Source of the DNA: a virus
Taxonomy: Duplodnaviria > Caudoviricetes
Reading direction: 5' to 3' (one strand)
Virus record (IMG/VR): IMGVR_UViG_3300033067_000833
Span: 12,344 to 76,343 of that record
DNA: 64,000 nucleotides
The notes beneath the pieces are model-generated. The model was not told the DNA's origin, made no database searches, and worked only from the letters and a program-made list of their open reading frames with translations. Position numbers and translations under genes: made by a program. Each line of letters starts with the position of its first letter. Positions within the stretch are counted from its first letter, which is position 1. This document shows, one piece after another, positions 1 through 9,546 of this stretch.

Positions 1-128
1 TCCGGACTCTTGCACAGGTGGACCGGCATCTGGTAGATGCTGGGGCGGTAGACGACCAGGCTCTCCCGAGACGCCTTGTCGATCGCCTCAGCCATGAGCG
101 CTTGCAGTCTGTCGCCGCTCGACATCAT
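1..128 (-). CDS. Probable terminase large subunit, N-terminus only (runs off the window)
   Basis: Not in the ORF track. Manual translation MMSSGDRLQALMAEAIDKASRESLVVYRPSIYQMPVHLCKSP. ATGA overlap with the upstream stop. YRP..Q..H resembles TerL N-termini, and the position is downstream of the head genes. Confidence 0.45.
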   Translation of the reverse strand, partial: MMSSGDRLQALMAEAIDKASRESLVVYRPSIYQMPVHLCKSP

Positions 129-850
129 GGCTTCACCGTGGGGGCTGGTGGAACGGTCGAAATCTTCGCCGCCCCGGGCTGCGGAATCGGAGTGGCCAGC
201 ATCCGGTCAAACTTCTCGATGATCACGTCCATGTCGTCGCCGCGCATGGCGGCGGCTTCGACCAACTCGATCATCCGCTGCATGGACTCGGCGACCGCGG
301 CATCACGCATGTAGGACGCCAGGGCGATGGCCTGCTGCTCTTTCATCTGCTCCAGGGTCAGCTTCTGGAATCCGGCGACCTCGCGTTCCTTGGCAGCTTC
401 CAGGAACTTGGCCGCGTCCATGTACATCTTGGCCGCGACGTTGACGTTCTTGTGCTCCGTCATGGCCCGGTCGTGAACCGTCTTGAGCAACTGCGCCCAC
501 TTCGTGCCGAACGTGGTCTCCCCGCCGAACTCCGCGATGAATGCCTTGCGGGTCGCGTTCAGTTCGATCGCGCCTTCCTGCTGCCCTTCCGCCCGGCCCG
601 CGGCGTCGATCTTGCGGGTCAGGATTTCCTTGACGACGCACAGCAGGGCCTCGGTCTTGCGGGATCGTTCCTCCAGATCGTAGCAGTCACGGCACAGCCG
701 CTTCCCGCGGTAGTGCAGGATGTTGGCGGCCGGGAATGGCTGGTTGCAGCCTCCGCACAGGACCGGCATCTTGACCTTGCTGTACTGCAGGTTGACCGGG
801 TCGATTCCCGGCGGGAGACCCGCGATTTCGATCTTGGGTGCATCAGCCAT
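125..850 (-). CDS. Zn-finger (CxxC...CxxC) helical protein, candidate terminase small subunit
   Basis: Likely start MADAPK at 850, coupled to the upstream stop. Contains CGGC/CRDC. Lies directly before the putative TerL. Confidence 0.4.
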   Translation of the reverse strand: MADAPKIEIAGLPPGIDPVNLQYSKVKMPVLCGGCNQPFPAANILHYRGKRLCRDCYDLEERSRKTEALLCVVKEILTRKIDAAGRAEGQQEGAIELNATRKAFIAEFGGETTFGTKWAQLLKTVHDRAMTEHKNVNVAAKMYMDAAKFLEAAKEREVAGFQKLTLEQMKEQQAIALASYMRDAAVAESMQRMIELVEAAAMRGDDMDVIIEKFDRMLATPIPQPGAAKISTVPPAPTVKP

Positions 851-2456
851 CGGAGTTGGCCTCCGTGGCTTCGGGCTTCTTTTTGCGGGCGTACCAGACG
901 GACGAATTTTCGACGAGGTTCGTCGGTTCGGCATCGGTAAACAACAGGGACTTCACGATTGCCGCAGCGTTGGCGTTCGTCGTGATTCCGATGCCGGCGA
1001 CCATCGCACCGGGCTTCAAGTGCGGAAGCCATCGGTGCAACGTCTCAATGTCTGCATCAACGTCTCCGGGGTTTTTTGGATGCCCGACCCACAGCAGGTC
1101 CAGTTCCTGGTTGTCGAAGTCGACCGGGTCCGGATCGACCTCGGGGCAAACCGCGAGTTCGCCCAGCCCGGCCGACGCCATGTTCTTCGCGTAGGCATCC
1201 CGGTTGATGCCCTGCGCCGAGGCGAACGTCGAAAACTTCTCCCGCATCCATGCGGCTTGCAGGATCACGGCCAGGTTGTCGCCCAGCCCGACGTTCAACG
1301 CCAGGATGCGGGGGCTGAACGACTCGATCGACTCGACCAGCTTGGTGATCGCCGCAGCATCCTGTTCGGTCAGCGGCCAGCGTTCGTCTGTCGTAACCAT
1401 CTGCCCGCCCACGTTGCGATGAACAATGGGGCAATCGGCAAACCCGTAATCGGAGTCCGACACAGTTGACTCCGGTTCTCGCAGCGGGGCGGGTTCAGAT
1501 GGAGGGACAGTGCTCACCTCACTGGGCGGTGGCAGCGGCTGGGTGTGCATCGGCGGCCCGCCGACAGTCACCCTGCTCGCCAGCCTTGCATTCGCCGGAA
1601 TCTCCGGGTTGATGTCGAGAAGCATATCGCCGGCATTGTGGCCGTCCATCACGGCCTGCCGGAAATCTTCGGAGATCGCTTCCACCGGCATGATCGTCGG
1701 GCGCCCCACGACCTTCGTCTTGTGGTGATAGGCCCACGAGTCGCAAGTCGCAAAGCAGATGTTGTCACCCCCTTTCTGTTGCCAGCGCAGGGACGCATTT
1801 CGCGTGAACACCACGTCCTCAGTCGAGTTCTTGTGTGCGTGCTCCTCGTCGAACTCGTAGTAGAAGTACGGTTTCTGCATGCCGTCCAAGACGCCCACGG
1901 AAAGCAGGCAGCACCCTGTCGGAAGGGCTGCCACCCGGTGAATGCCGCGCATCAGGGCCGCTTCGTGCCGGCTAATGAGGCGGAGTTTGTAGCCGGGCTT
2001 GTCCACGCCCGACTCGTTGTTCTCCCACTGGAACAGGTACGGGACTTCGCCACCGCTGATTTCTCCAGGAGTCGGCGGCGGCCCGCAGTACGGCGCGGCC
2101 ACGATGGTCTGCTTGCCGATCTTCAGTCGGTCGTAGGCCAGATTGAAAGCCTCGTCCCAGAACGGCTTGGCGGTCGGGTCGCGACCAAGATCCCCATCCG
2201 GTTCGTTGTCGGAGTCCAGCATGAGCAGGAAATCGAACCCACCGTCGCGGGCGGCGGCCAGCGCCTGATTCCTGGTCATGGTGATGGGAGTGTCGCAAAG
2301 CACCAGCGTACCCACACGCCCGATCCGGGGATCGGCTTTCATCTTGTGCAGCGTCTCTCCCCACCAATCCACCAGCTGGGGAATCGTGGAAGCAACGCCG
2401 CCGTTGCCACTGTACGCAAAGAGAACCCGAAGAACGTCTACCTTGGCAGGGACCAT
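843..2456 (-). CDS. GT-A fold glycosyltransferase fused through a Pro-rich linker to a degenerate class I methyltransferase-like domain
   Basis: RNQALAAARDGGFDFLLMLDSD (DxD), TEDVVF acceptor motif, C-terminal LDLLWV...WLPHLKPGAMVAG resembling Methyltransf_24. Confidence 0.7.
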   Translation of the reverse strand: MVPAKVDVLRVLFAYSGNGGVASTIPQLVDWWGETLHKMKADPRIGRVGTLVLCDTPITMTRNQALAAARDGGFDFLLMLDSDNEPDGDLGRDPTAKPFWDEAFNLAYDRLKIGKQTIVAAPYCGPPPTPGEISGGEVPYLFQWENNESGVDKPGYKLRLISRHEAALMRGIHRVAALPTGCCLLSVGVLDGMQKPYFYYEFDEEHAHKNSTEDVVFTRNASLRWQQKGGDNICFATCDSWAYHHKTKVVGRPTIMPVEAISEDFRQAVMDGHNAGDMLLDINPEIPANARLASRVTVGGPPMHTQPLPPPSEVSTVPPSEPAPLREPESTVSDSDYGFADCPIVHRNVGGQMVTTDERWPLTEQDAAAITKLVESIESFSPRILALNVGLGDNLAVILQAAWMREKFSTFASAQGINRDAYAKNMASAGLGELAVCPEVDPDPVDFDNQELDLLWVGHPKNPGDVDADIETLHRWLPHLKPGAMVAGIGITTNANAAAIVKSLLFTDAEPTNLVENSSVWYARKKKPEATEANSDG

Positions 2457-2494
2457 CGTGCAGCCTCGCTAACATGGTTTGAAGCGGGACGAAC

Positions 2495-2713
2495 TTACTT
2501 CGAGAAGCAGTACATCGAAAACGACATCGAGTACCGCAAATGCTTGATGGCGGTGGTCTGATCCGCGCTCCCGTTCGTGTAGCGCATGATGTCAACCGCG
2601 GCGGACTTCAGGGACTCCCGGATCGCCCGAAACCGCTCGCGGTGCTCGGGGGGAACCAGGGAATCGTGCTTTTGCCCGAACCAATCGTCGATGTTGTGCT
2701 GAGCCACCGCCAT
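2495..2713 (-). CDS. Acb2/Tad1-like helical hairpin protein (putative immune-signal sponge)
   Basis: IDDWF...PE..ERF.AIR...K..A..I....SADQT.AI..LR..M matches the pattern of small Acb2/Tad1-domain phage proteins; recognised by eye. Confidence 0.55.
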   Translation of the reverse strand: MAVAQHNIDDWFGQKHDSLVPPEHRERFRAIRESLKSAAVDIMRYTNGSADQTTAIKHLRYSMSFSMYCFSK

Positions 2714-2715
2714 GT

Positions 2716-2766
2716 GAAAACCCCGCCGCCGGGCGCCTCCGAGGTGAAGCGGAGCGCGCCCGGCGG
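2716..2766 (-). terminator. Long GC hairpin with a short U tract after the decoration gene
   Basis: CCGCCGGGCGC-CTCCG/CGGAG-C-GCGCCCGGCGG followed by GGGGTTTT on the minus strand. Confidence 0.5.
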
Positions 2767-2786
2767 TTCCTTCAAGGGAACTCGGA

Positions 2787-3407
2787 TCAAGGCAACCGGA
2801 TGTTCGCCAGCATGTCCTTGTTGGTTTCCCCGGCGGTGCGACCGGACACGGCCCAGCCGATGTTGTTGAGAATCCGCGGCGACATCGTCGTCGTGTCCGA
2901 CGTGACCGCGTAGGAGTACACGCGGCCGGACGTGGTGGCGTTGGTCGTCGCGGCGGTCAAAGCCAGCAGGCGGTCGCCGGCCGTGACAGCGTTGGCATCC
3001 AGCGAGCCCTTGACCAGTGTGGGGCCGTCGTAGACGATCCAGAACAGATCGCCCACAGCCACGCCCGCGGCCGGCAGGAACTCATCGACGACGCCCGCGA
3101 CTTCCGCATCGTCCACGGCGACGTTGCCGTCAACCCGCTTGAACTGGTAGCCGCTGGCATACGTCACGACGAACTTGGGCAGCAGGTTCAACGAACCCGC
3201 GCTGGCGTTGCGAACCAGCCGGCACTTGACCGGACGGCCCGACCGCTTGGTGAGCACCTGGCCCCGCGTCGTCGGCGGCGCCACGTCCTCGAAGATCGCT
3301 TCCAACCCCTCGATGTCAACCGTCTCCTTCCAGTACGTGCTGGTCGGGACGTTGCCACCGTAGTATGTTTGACCACGCTTGATCGGCGTGTTCACGTTAC
3401 CGTACAT
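2787..3407 (-). CDS. Capsid decoration/cement protein
   Basis: Immediately downstream of the MCP. Beta-rich, with AGVVDEFLPAAGVAVGDLFWIVYDGP typical of decoration proteins. Confidence 0.55.
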   Translation of the reverse strand: MYGNVNTPIKRGQTYYGGNVPTSTYWKETVDIEGLEAIFEDVAPPTTRGQVLTKRSGRPVKCRLVRNASAGSLNLLPKFVVTYASGYQFKRVDGNVAVDDAEVAGVVDEFLPAAGVAVGDLFWIVYDGPTLVKGSLDANAVTAGDRLLALTAATTNATTSGRVYSYAVTSDTTTMSPRILNNIGWAVSGRTAGETNKDMLANIRLP

Positions 3408-3472
3408 GTTTCAACCTCGTTTCGTGAAATTTCGTGTCGAAAAAACCGGAATCACCCCATCGCCGTCAGCGA

Positions 3473-4624
3473 TCACGCCGTGGCGTAGGGGTACAGCTTC
3501 GCGATGTTGGCGAAACTCTTGAACCGGAAGTTGCCGTAGGTGAACAACGCCCAGATGCTGCTGAACGCCATCTGCGGGATTTCGATCGGGCCGCGGCTGG
3601 CGAACAGGTTTCCGTCCGGCAGGGCCGTCACGAGGACGATCTTGCTGGTGGACATCATGTAGCAGGTGCTGACCGGACAGTAGAAGTCCGGGTAGATCGT
3701 CAGCCCGTCGAGGTTGACCGCCCCGCGGTAGCCCGGCAAGCCGATGTCCACCGTCGAAGGCGTTTCCTGGACCAACCGCGTCTTGGCTTCCTGGCTTTCC
3801 CGGAGACCCTGGAAAGACCACGAATCGCACGCGCACAGATCGGGAGCCCCGTCTCCGCCGCGGAGTTGCGTCAACCAGACCTGAGCCTGGCTGATGGCCC
3901 GGAACAAGTTGACCTTGTGGCTGTTGCTGCCGGTGCCCCAGGACGTACTGCCGGTGTTGACCAGCAGCGGTGACGTGCAGTCGTAGCTGTCGTCACCGGA
4001 CCCGTCCGGCCAGTCGTTGGCCAACGAGGCATTGTTGGGCGTGCCGAGGTCGGCCGACCAGTAGCCGCCGTTGGTGGCCAGCACCGTGGACTGGGTGCCG
4101 TAGGTGCCGCTCGGGGCAGCGATCTTGTCGGCGACCACCACCGTCCCGGCGCCCAGGCCCGTCTCGATGCCGTGGTAACGGTTGGTTCGCCCGGTCGATT
4201 CGCCGGACAACCACACGTCGCCCATGAACATCTTCATCATGGCCTTGCGGAGGTCGGTGCCTTTGTCGTTCACCATCTTCCGCAGCGCGTTGGGGCCGCT
4301 GTTGATCCACTGATCCATCAGCGACATGGATTCGGTGGTTTCCATCGCCCGCAAACCCGTCCGCATCTGGATCTCGGTCTGCGTGGGCTGGAAGCTCAGG
4401 CCGCCGTGGTTCGACATCGGGCGGACCTCGGGCAAGCGGACCTTCAGCTTCCAAATCGACTCGGCGCACCCCGGCTCCTTGGCAATGCCGCCCTGCTGGG
4501 ACAGCCGCGGGTACAGGAACCCGGTGCGCATCGTCATGTCTTCGACGGCCCGGATCCAGTTCGGCAGTTGGTTGATCTGGATGTCATACGCGACATCCGC
4601 CAACGTCAGAGGAATCGCTGTCAT
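3473..4624 (-). CDS. Major capsid protein (HK97-like fold)
   Basis: 383 aa between scaffold and decoration genes. Contains DLRKAMMKMFMGDVWLSG...YHGI and VNLDGLTIYPDFYCP..TCYMM..IWALFTYGNF. Confidence 0.8.
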   Translation of the reverse strand: MTAIPLTLADVAYDIQINQLPNWIRAVEDMTMRTGFLYPRLSQQGGIAKEPGCAESIWKLKVRLPEVRPMSNHGGLSFQPTQTEIQMRTGLRAMETTESMSLMDQWINSGPNALRKMVNDKGTDLRKAMMKMFMGDVWLSGESTGRTNRYHGIETGLGAGTVVVADKIAAPSGTYGTQSTVLATNGGYWSADLGTPNNASLANDWPDGSGDDSYDCTSPLLVNTGSTSWGTGSNSHKVNLFRAISQAQVWLTQLRGGDGAPDLCACDSWSFQGLRESQEAKTRLVQETPSTVDIGLPGYRGAVNLDGLTIYPDFYCPVSTCYMMSTSKIVLVTALPDGNLFASRGPIEIPQMAFSSIWALFTYGNFRFKSFANIAKLYPYATA

Positions 4625-4705
4625 GGAGAACCTCTAAGTGGCTGCCGAACTCGGTTAGACGACAGGCGAAAGAAACAGGAAACAAGGAAACGGTGTTGCG
4701 GTTCG

Positions 4706-5983
4706 TCAGCCTTGTGTCGGCTTGAGGAACCAGCTGTTCAGGTCGGCCTCGGTCACGGGGCGCGACTGGATGTCTTGGGGCGTGGTGCCCACTTGCGGAA
4801 CGTGCGTGGCCCGGGCGGCGGCGGCCTGCTGCAGGAAGGACGCCTTCTGCTGCTCGGACAGTTGGTTCGGAGAGACGATCGTGCCGTCGGGCGCCCGGAT
4901 CTGCATGGTCGTCACCGGCATGACGCGGTAGTTGGTGCCGGGAATGAATCCCTCGGCGGCGGCCGGCGACTGACCAGCGGTCGGCGCCCCGGGTGGTTGA
5001 GCGACCACGCCGGGGCTCGCCGCTGCGACAGGAAGTTGTGCGGGGGCAGCGGGCGGCTGTCCGGCGGCCGGCGGCGGCCCCACCAGAGCCTCGGCCTGCT
5101 GCATGATCCAGAGCGGGTCTTGGACGCCCTGTGCCCGGTATGCCTCCACGGTACGGATGATTTGTTGGCCCCACGGCGTGAGCGTGCGCTGTCCGCGAAG
5201 GTCCATTTGGTACAGGTGCGGAGTCAGCCGGGCTTCCAGGGCTTCCACCTGCTGGTCGTAGCGGTACTGGGCGATCTCCTGCTGCATCTGCTCGCGGATC
5301 GCCTGACGCGCTTGCTCAAGCTCGGGGGCCACGACTTGCTTCACCAGGTCCGGGAACTGCGACAACATGCGGTCGGCGGTCTTGTTGCGCGCCAGCATGT
5401 ACTGCCGCTTGGCAGCCTGCATGGCCGGGTCGTCCGGGAACTGGTCCCACGCCGGGTCGTACTGCGGCATGTCCCACTTGAAGCCCTCGGGGGCAGCGGC
5501 GGGCGGCGTCTGGGCGGCCGGCGACGGCTGCTGCATCCCGTACTGGGCCTGCATCTGCTGGAACATCAACCGATTGGCCTCGATTTCCCGGTTCATCTCC
5601 TGGACCGTGGCCCACATCGTGTTGACCAGATCCGCCCCGTCCTTGAACCGGCCAACGTCGATCCCCAGCTGCTGGGCGGCGGCCAGGGCGTCGGAGACCT
5701 GCTGCTGCGTCGGCTGCGGAGTGGCGGGCGCGGGCGCCGCCGCGGGCACGACCGGAGCGGCCGGAGGCGTCACGGCGGCCGGCGTCGGCGTCTCGACCGG
5801 CTGGTAGGCCGGAGGAATGGAGAGCGGAGGCACTGCGACCGGCGGAGCCATCACTGGGACGGCGGCCGGCGTCGGCGTTTGAACGGGCACTGCGGGGGGA
5901 GTCGCGGCGGGTGGCGGAGTTGCCGGCGCAGGGGCACTCGGCTGAAGAAAGAAAGCGTCGATGTTGGATGGTAGGTCCGCCAT
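4706..5983 (-). CDS. Capsid scaffolding protein
   Basis: Pro/Ala/Gln-rich, coiled-coil, directly upstream of the MCP. Start MADLPS with a GAGGGG RBS. Confidence 0.6.
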   Translation of the reverse strand: MADLPSNIDAFFLQPSAPAPATPPPAATPPAVPVQTPTPAAVPVMAPPVAVPPLSIPPAYQPVETPTPAAVTPPAAPVVPAAAPAPATPQPTQQQVSDALAAAQQLGIDVGRFKDGADLVNTMWATVQEMNREIEANRLMFQQMQAQYGMQQPSPAAQTPPAAAPEGFKWDMPQYDPAWDQFPDDPAMQAAKRQYMLARNKTADRMLSQFPDLVKQVVAPELEQARQAIREQMQQEIAQYRYDQQVEALEARLTPHLYQMDLRGQRTLTPWGQQIIRTVEAYRAQGVQDPLWIMQQAEALVGPPPAAGQPPAAPAQLPVAAASPGVVAQPPGAPTAGQSPAAAEGFIPGTNYRVMPVTTMQIRAPDGTIVSPNQLSEQQKASFLQQAAAARATHVPQVGTTPQDIQSRPVTEADLNSWFLKPTQG

Positions 5984-6163
5984 AACTTCCCCTCGCATGG
6001 TTTGCGCGTGAACTTCGGACATCGAATTCGTCTGTACACTGCAACCATACGGATTTAATAGTCTCGCCCGCAAATCTCGTTAATGGACTTGTATCTGAGT
6101 TGGACAAATTAGTATTATCTTTAGGAGTTTCTGACGCGCGACTCTTGACAGGAGGTTGCACGC

Positions 6164-6400
6164 ATGCCGTCAGTTGAGATCCCGGCCGATCCGATCAACG
6201 ACCTGATCCCGCTTTCTGAGTTTCGCAAACTGTTCAAACGCCCCGTGTCCAAGCAGACCATTTACTATTGGCGCACGCGCGGGGTGATGAACCGAGAAAC
6301 AGGCAAGCGAATCAAGCTGCCCACCGTGCGCACACCGCAAGGGCAAGCCACTTCCAAGGCGCTCTACGCCGCGTTCATACGCGAGTTGAATTCTGACTGA
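6164..6400 (+). CDS. Excisionase/MerR-like winged-HTH protein (DUF1580-like)
   Basis: LIPLSEF..VSKQTIYYWRTRGV...LPTVR...TSKALYAAF; GGAGG RBS. Confidence 0.7.
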   Translation: MPSVEIPADPINDLIPLSEFRKLFKRPVSKQTIYYWRTRGVMNRETGKRIKLPTVRTPQGQATSKALYAAFIRELNSD

Positions 6401-6407
6401 ATTACGC

Positions 6408-6435
6408 TTGACGAAATTAACTCGCAAGATAAGAT
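6408..6435 (+). promoter_or_regulatory. Sigma70-like promoter TTGACG-N16-TAAGAT
   Basis: Hexamers read directly; same pattern recurs at three other sites. Confidence 0.55.
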
Positions 6436-6613
6436 TGCTGTAGCCAAGCAATCGGAGATTCATCAAGTGACCACGCACTGCGACAACGAGCGCACAAACT
6501 ACGCGGCAGCCGTCTAGTGGCTCTAGCCGGTGCAAGGGCCGATCCGGGAATTTCATGTGGTTTCTCCACGCGAATCTCCGCCCGGTGAGGCCCTGCCGCT
6601 TTTGAGAAACGCC

Positions 6614-7018
6614 ATGCCAAATTCACCAGCCCCTGAACCCTGGCGAGGCCCATCGCAGATCGAGTCCCATCGCAACGACAGATCGAGGGGCCGGGCCAGC
6701 TTCTACGACGCGAACCGCATGTTGGTCGGGTTCACAATCATCCGTGAGGTTGAGAAGGACGGGTCAAAGCACAACTGGTCCTACGGGGCCAAGCGCAGGA
6801 GAGACAGGATCGTCGCGTGCGTGAACACCTGCCAAGGCATCCCGGACGACATGTTGTCCAGGGAAGGGATCCTGGCCCTGGCAATCCAGCTGATGCGGCG
6901 GGCCTGCGATTTCGGCGATCTGCACTTGCAGACGCTGCCCGACCGAATCGCAGCCAACATGACGGACTTGTACTACGGGACGATTCTGAACAAGGAAAGG
7001 ATCAGCCATGAACAATGA
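6614..7018 (+). CDS. Hypothetical phage protein
   Basis: RIVACVNTCQGI motif common in small phage proteins; overlaps the next start. Confidence 0.6.
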   Translation: MPNSPAPEPWRGPSQIESHRNDRSRGRASFYDANRMLVGFTIIREVEKDGSKHNWSYGAKRRRDRIVACVNTCQGIPDDMLSREGILALAIQLMRRACDFGDLHLQTLPDRIAANMTDLYYGTILNKERISHEQ

Positions 7019-8081
7019 CGAAATGAACAAGACTGCCGAACAGCTAGCTCGGTTGAGAAACCACATGGAGCGCAAACTGCGCCGCCGTGCGGAACGTGCC
7101 TTTTTCAAGTACCACTCCGAATTGGAGCGGAGGGAACGCGAGGAAGCCGCCGAGCAAAAGGCTCACGAGGAAGCCGGTCGCATCTCCCGCGACCAGAAGC
7201 TGGCATGGATCTACGCCCGAGCCTCGCACGCGGAAAACTCGGACACCGACTCGATCCCCGCCCAGATCGACCGCTGCCGGCGCCGCTTCCATGCGTCCTG
7301 GGAGTCCCGCGGCTACATGCTCGCCAACATCGAGCCCGACCGGATCACCAGCGCCTCGAAGATCAACTTCTTCGACCGGACCAACGGCGGGCTGATCGGG
7401 CGGCTGGCCCAGGCCGGCGACGTGATCCTGGTGGACAAGATGACGCGGATCTTCCGGTCCCTGCCCGACTTCGTCATGACCCAAAAGGAACTCGACAACC
7501 GTGGCATCCTGATGGAGATTGGGGACTGCGCGTTCTGCTCGGACCCTAACAACCCATTCTACCGGGCCATGATCGTGATGATGGCCATGTTCGCCGAGAT
7601 GGAGTCCGCCCAGACCTCGATGCGGATCAAGCAGGCGTTCGATCGACGGCGAGAGGCGGGGGCCGACATTATTGGCACGCCTCCATTCGGTGTGGAAATG
7701 GTTCGCATCGTCAAGCCCGGCTACGGCGAGAAGCCGCTGAAGTTCCGCCAGTGGCAAAAGTGGGAGCGGTCAATCATGAACGCGGTCTGCATCAAGGCGG
7801 ACAAGGAAGGCTGGTCGCAAAAGGAAGTCACCGACTGGCTGAACCTGGTGGTTCTCCGGGAGAAGAAGATTCCGCACAAGTCGGCCAACTTCAAGTACCC
7901 GCTGACCGAGAGCATGGTCCTGCGAATGTATTGGTGGGAGAAGATGTTCCGGCTGTACAGCGTGAGCGACGTGAAGCAGACGCGGGGCATGTCCATCAGC
8001 AAGGCCGGCTGGATTCACGGCACCTTGGCGCTGCGTTGGGAAGCGATCCAGAAAATCGGGTGGCTGCCGCTGCCGGAGTGA
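7008..8081 (+). CDS. Serine recombinase (resolvase catalytic domain plus C-terminal extension)
   Basis: WIYARAS catalytic motif, SI.AQ, DVILVDKMTRIFRS, MFAEMESAQTSMRIK. Confidence 0.85.
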   Translation: MNNDEMNKTAEQLARLRNHMERKLRRRAERAFFKYHSELERREREEAAEQKAHEEAGRISRDQKLAWIYARASHAENSDTDSIPAQIDRCRRRFHASWESRGYMLANIEPDRITSASKINFFDRTNGGLIGRLAQAGDVILVDKMTRIFRSLPDFVMTQKELDNRGILMEIGDCAFCSDPNNPFYRAMIVMMAMFAEMESAQTSMRIKQAFDRRREAGADIIGTPPFGVEMVRIVKPGYGEKPLKFRQWQKWERSIMNAVCIKADKEGWSQKEVTDWLNLVVLREKKIPHKSANFKYPLTESMVLRMYWWEKMFRLYSVSDVKQTRGMSISKAGWIHGTLALRWEAIQKIGWLPLPE

Positions 8082-8084
8082 ACC

Positions 8085-8930
8085 ATGAATCCGATCCGCG
8101 AAGAATGGACGAGCAAGGACGGCCAGCATCGCATCCTGTTGGGTGACTGCCTGGAGATCCTGCCGACGCTGGAACCTGGGAGCGTTGACGCTGTCATCAC
8201 GTCGCCTCCGTACAACCTTGGCGGGAGACCGTGGGACAAACTTGGACACTGGAAGCCTGGGGACGGCTCTGGAGGCCACTCAAAATGGCGGAATGGGAGC
8301 GATGCAAGTGCAGGTATTCAGTACGGCTTGCATGACGACGCTATGCCGTGGAAAGAATACGTCGCATGGCAGCAATCAATCGTTCGGGCGTGCTGGGATA
8401 TTCTCCCCGGCGACGGGGCTATTTTCTACAACCACAAGCCGCGAGTAATTGGCGCAAAACTGTGGACGCCAATGGAGCTTATACCGCCGGCGGTGATTCT
8501 GCGGCAGATCATAATTTGGGCACGACCTGGAGGAATGAACTTTACTCCTACCGCGTTCGTTCCAACTTACGAATGGATCATGGTTTTGGCTAGGGATTTG
8601 TTTCGGCTGAAATCAAAGGGCGTTTCTGGGCTTGGTGACGTTTGGAGAATGACGCCAGATGACAACGAGCATCCAGCCCCTTTCCCTGTTGAACTTCCGT
8701 TGCAAGTGCTCGAAGCCATCAAAGCAAGGACCGTCCTCGACCCCTTCGCCGGTTCTTGCACCGTCGCTGTGGCCTGCGCGCGGACCGGACGCCGTTCAAT
8801 CAGCATCGAGATCGAGGAACGCTACTTCCGAATCGGCATCGAGCGGATGGAACGCGAGGCCAAGCGTCATCCGCTGCTGGAGCCGCCGAAAAAAGTGCAA
8901 CTTGCTCTTGACACCGGACTCTTGGAATAG
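8085..8930 (+). CDS. DNA N4-cytosine/N6-adenine methyltransferase, beta class
   Basis: ITSPPY motif IV, HPAPFP, VLDPFAGS motif I, IEIEERY. Confidence 0.9.
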   Translation: MNPIREEWTSKDGQHRILLGDCLEILPTLEPGSVDAVITSPPYNLGGRPWDKLGHWKPGDGSGGHSKWRNGSDASAGIQYGLHDDAMPWKEYVAWQQSIVRACWDILPGDGAIFYNHKPRVIGAKLWTPMELIPPAVILRQIIIWARPGGMNFTPTAFVPTYEWIMVLARDLFRLKSKGVSGLGDVWRMTPDDNEHPAPFPVELPLQVLEAIKARTVLDPFAGSCTVAVACARTGRRSISIEIEERYFRIGIERMEREAKRHPLLEPPKKVQLALDTGLLE

Positions 8931-9042
8931 GAACATGACCAATGCTTACTGACCGCCGCCAAGCCCAGTTTGCAAATCAAGTCCCGCTTGCGCGCTCGGA
9001 TCTCCTGGCGGCGGTCCCCGACGCGCTTGCGGGCTTTTTGCA

Positions 9043-9471
9043 TTGGACATGGAGATGGTCGAACCAAAGCTGCGTTGGTCGGGAAACCAAGAAGCTCAAA
9101 AGCAGGCAGACGACGCATTTTCAAGGCTTGCTGACAAACCCAAGAAAAAGAAAAACAAGTCTCAGGCTAGGCGAAAACGAGACAGGGAACGCAGCAAGCA
9201 GCGCGGGTATATCAACTATCGCGAGTACATCCCATCTCCAAAGTGGAAGCGCAAGCGAAAAAAAGCGTTCAAGCACTATGGACGTGTATGCTCTGTCTGC
9301 GGTGTGACAGGTGTTACGCTTTACGTCCACCACAAAACATACAGGAACCTCGGGCATGAACCGATGGACGACCTGCAAATCCTGTGTGTTCACTGCCACG
9401 AAAACGCACATGCTGACAAGATTGCTGAAAGCGATCCAATATCGAAACGGTTTCGTGAAATGATGGCGTGA
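9043..9471 (+). CDS. HNH endonuclease
   Basis: CSVCG...VHHKTY..LGHE...LQILCVHCHENAH; lower GC than its flanks. Confidence 0.85.
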   Translation: MDMEMVEPKLRWSGNQEAQKQADDAFSRLADKPKKKKNKSQARRKRDRERSKQRGYINYREYIPSPKWKRKRKKAFKHYGRVCSVCGVTGVTLYVHHKTYRNLGHEPMDDLQILCVHCHENAHADKIAESDPISKRFREMMA

Positions 9472-9546
9472 AGCAGGCAGATGTGGGGCTGGTATCGGGG
9501 GACGGCGCCCATGACCCTTTTGCTCAAGCTCATGAAAGGACGCTCG

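Noticed and set aside
4172-5974. Long antisense/alternative-frame ORFs (e.g. 4172-5974, 17762-18208, 21782-22024, 41185-42624, 48694-50151)
   Set aside because: Shadow ORFs of GC-rich coding or structured-RNA DNA: Arg/Gly-rich, no motifs and no RBS.
7008-8081. IS607-type transposon
   Set aside because: No fused N-terminal MerR HTH, no tnpB and no element ends.
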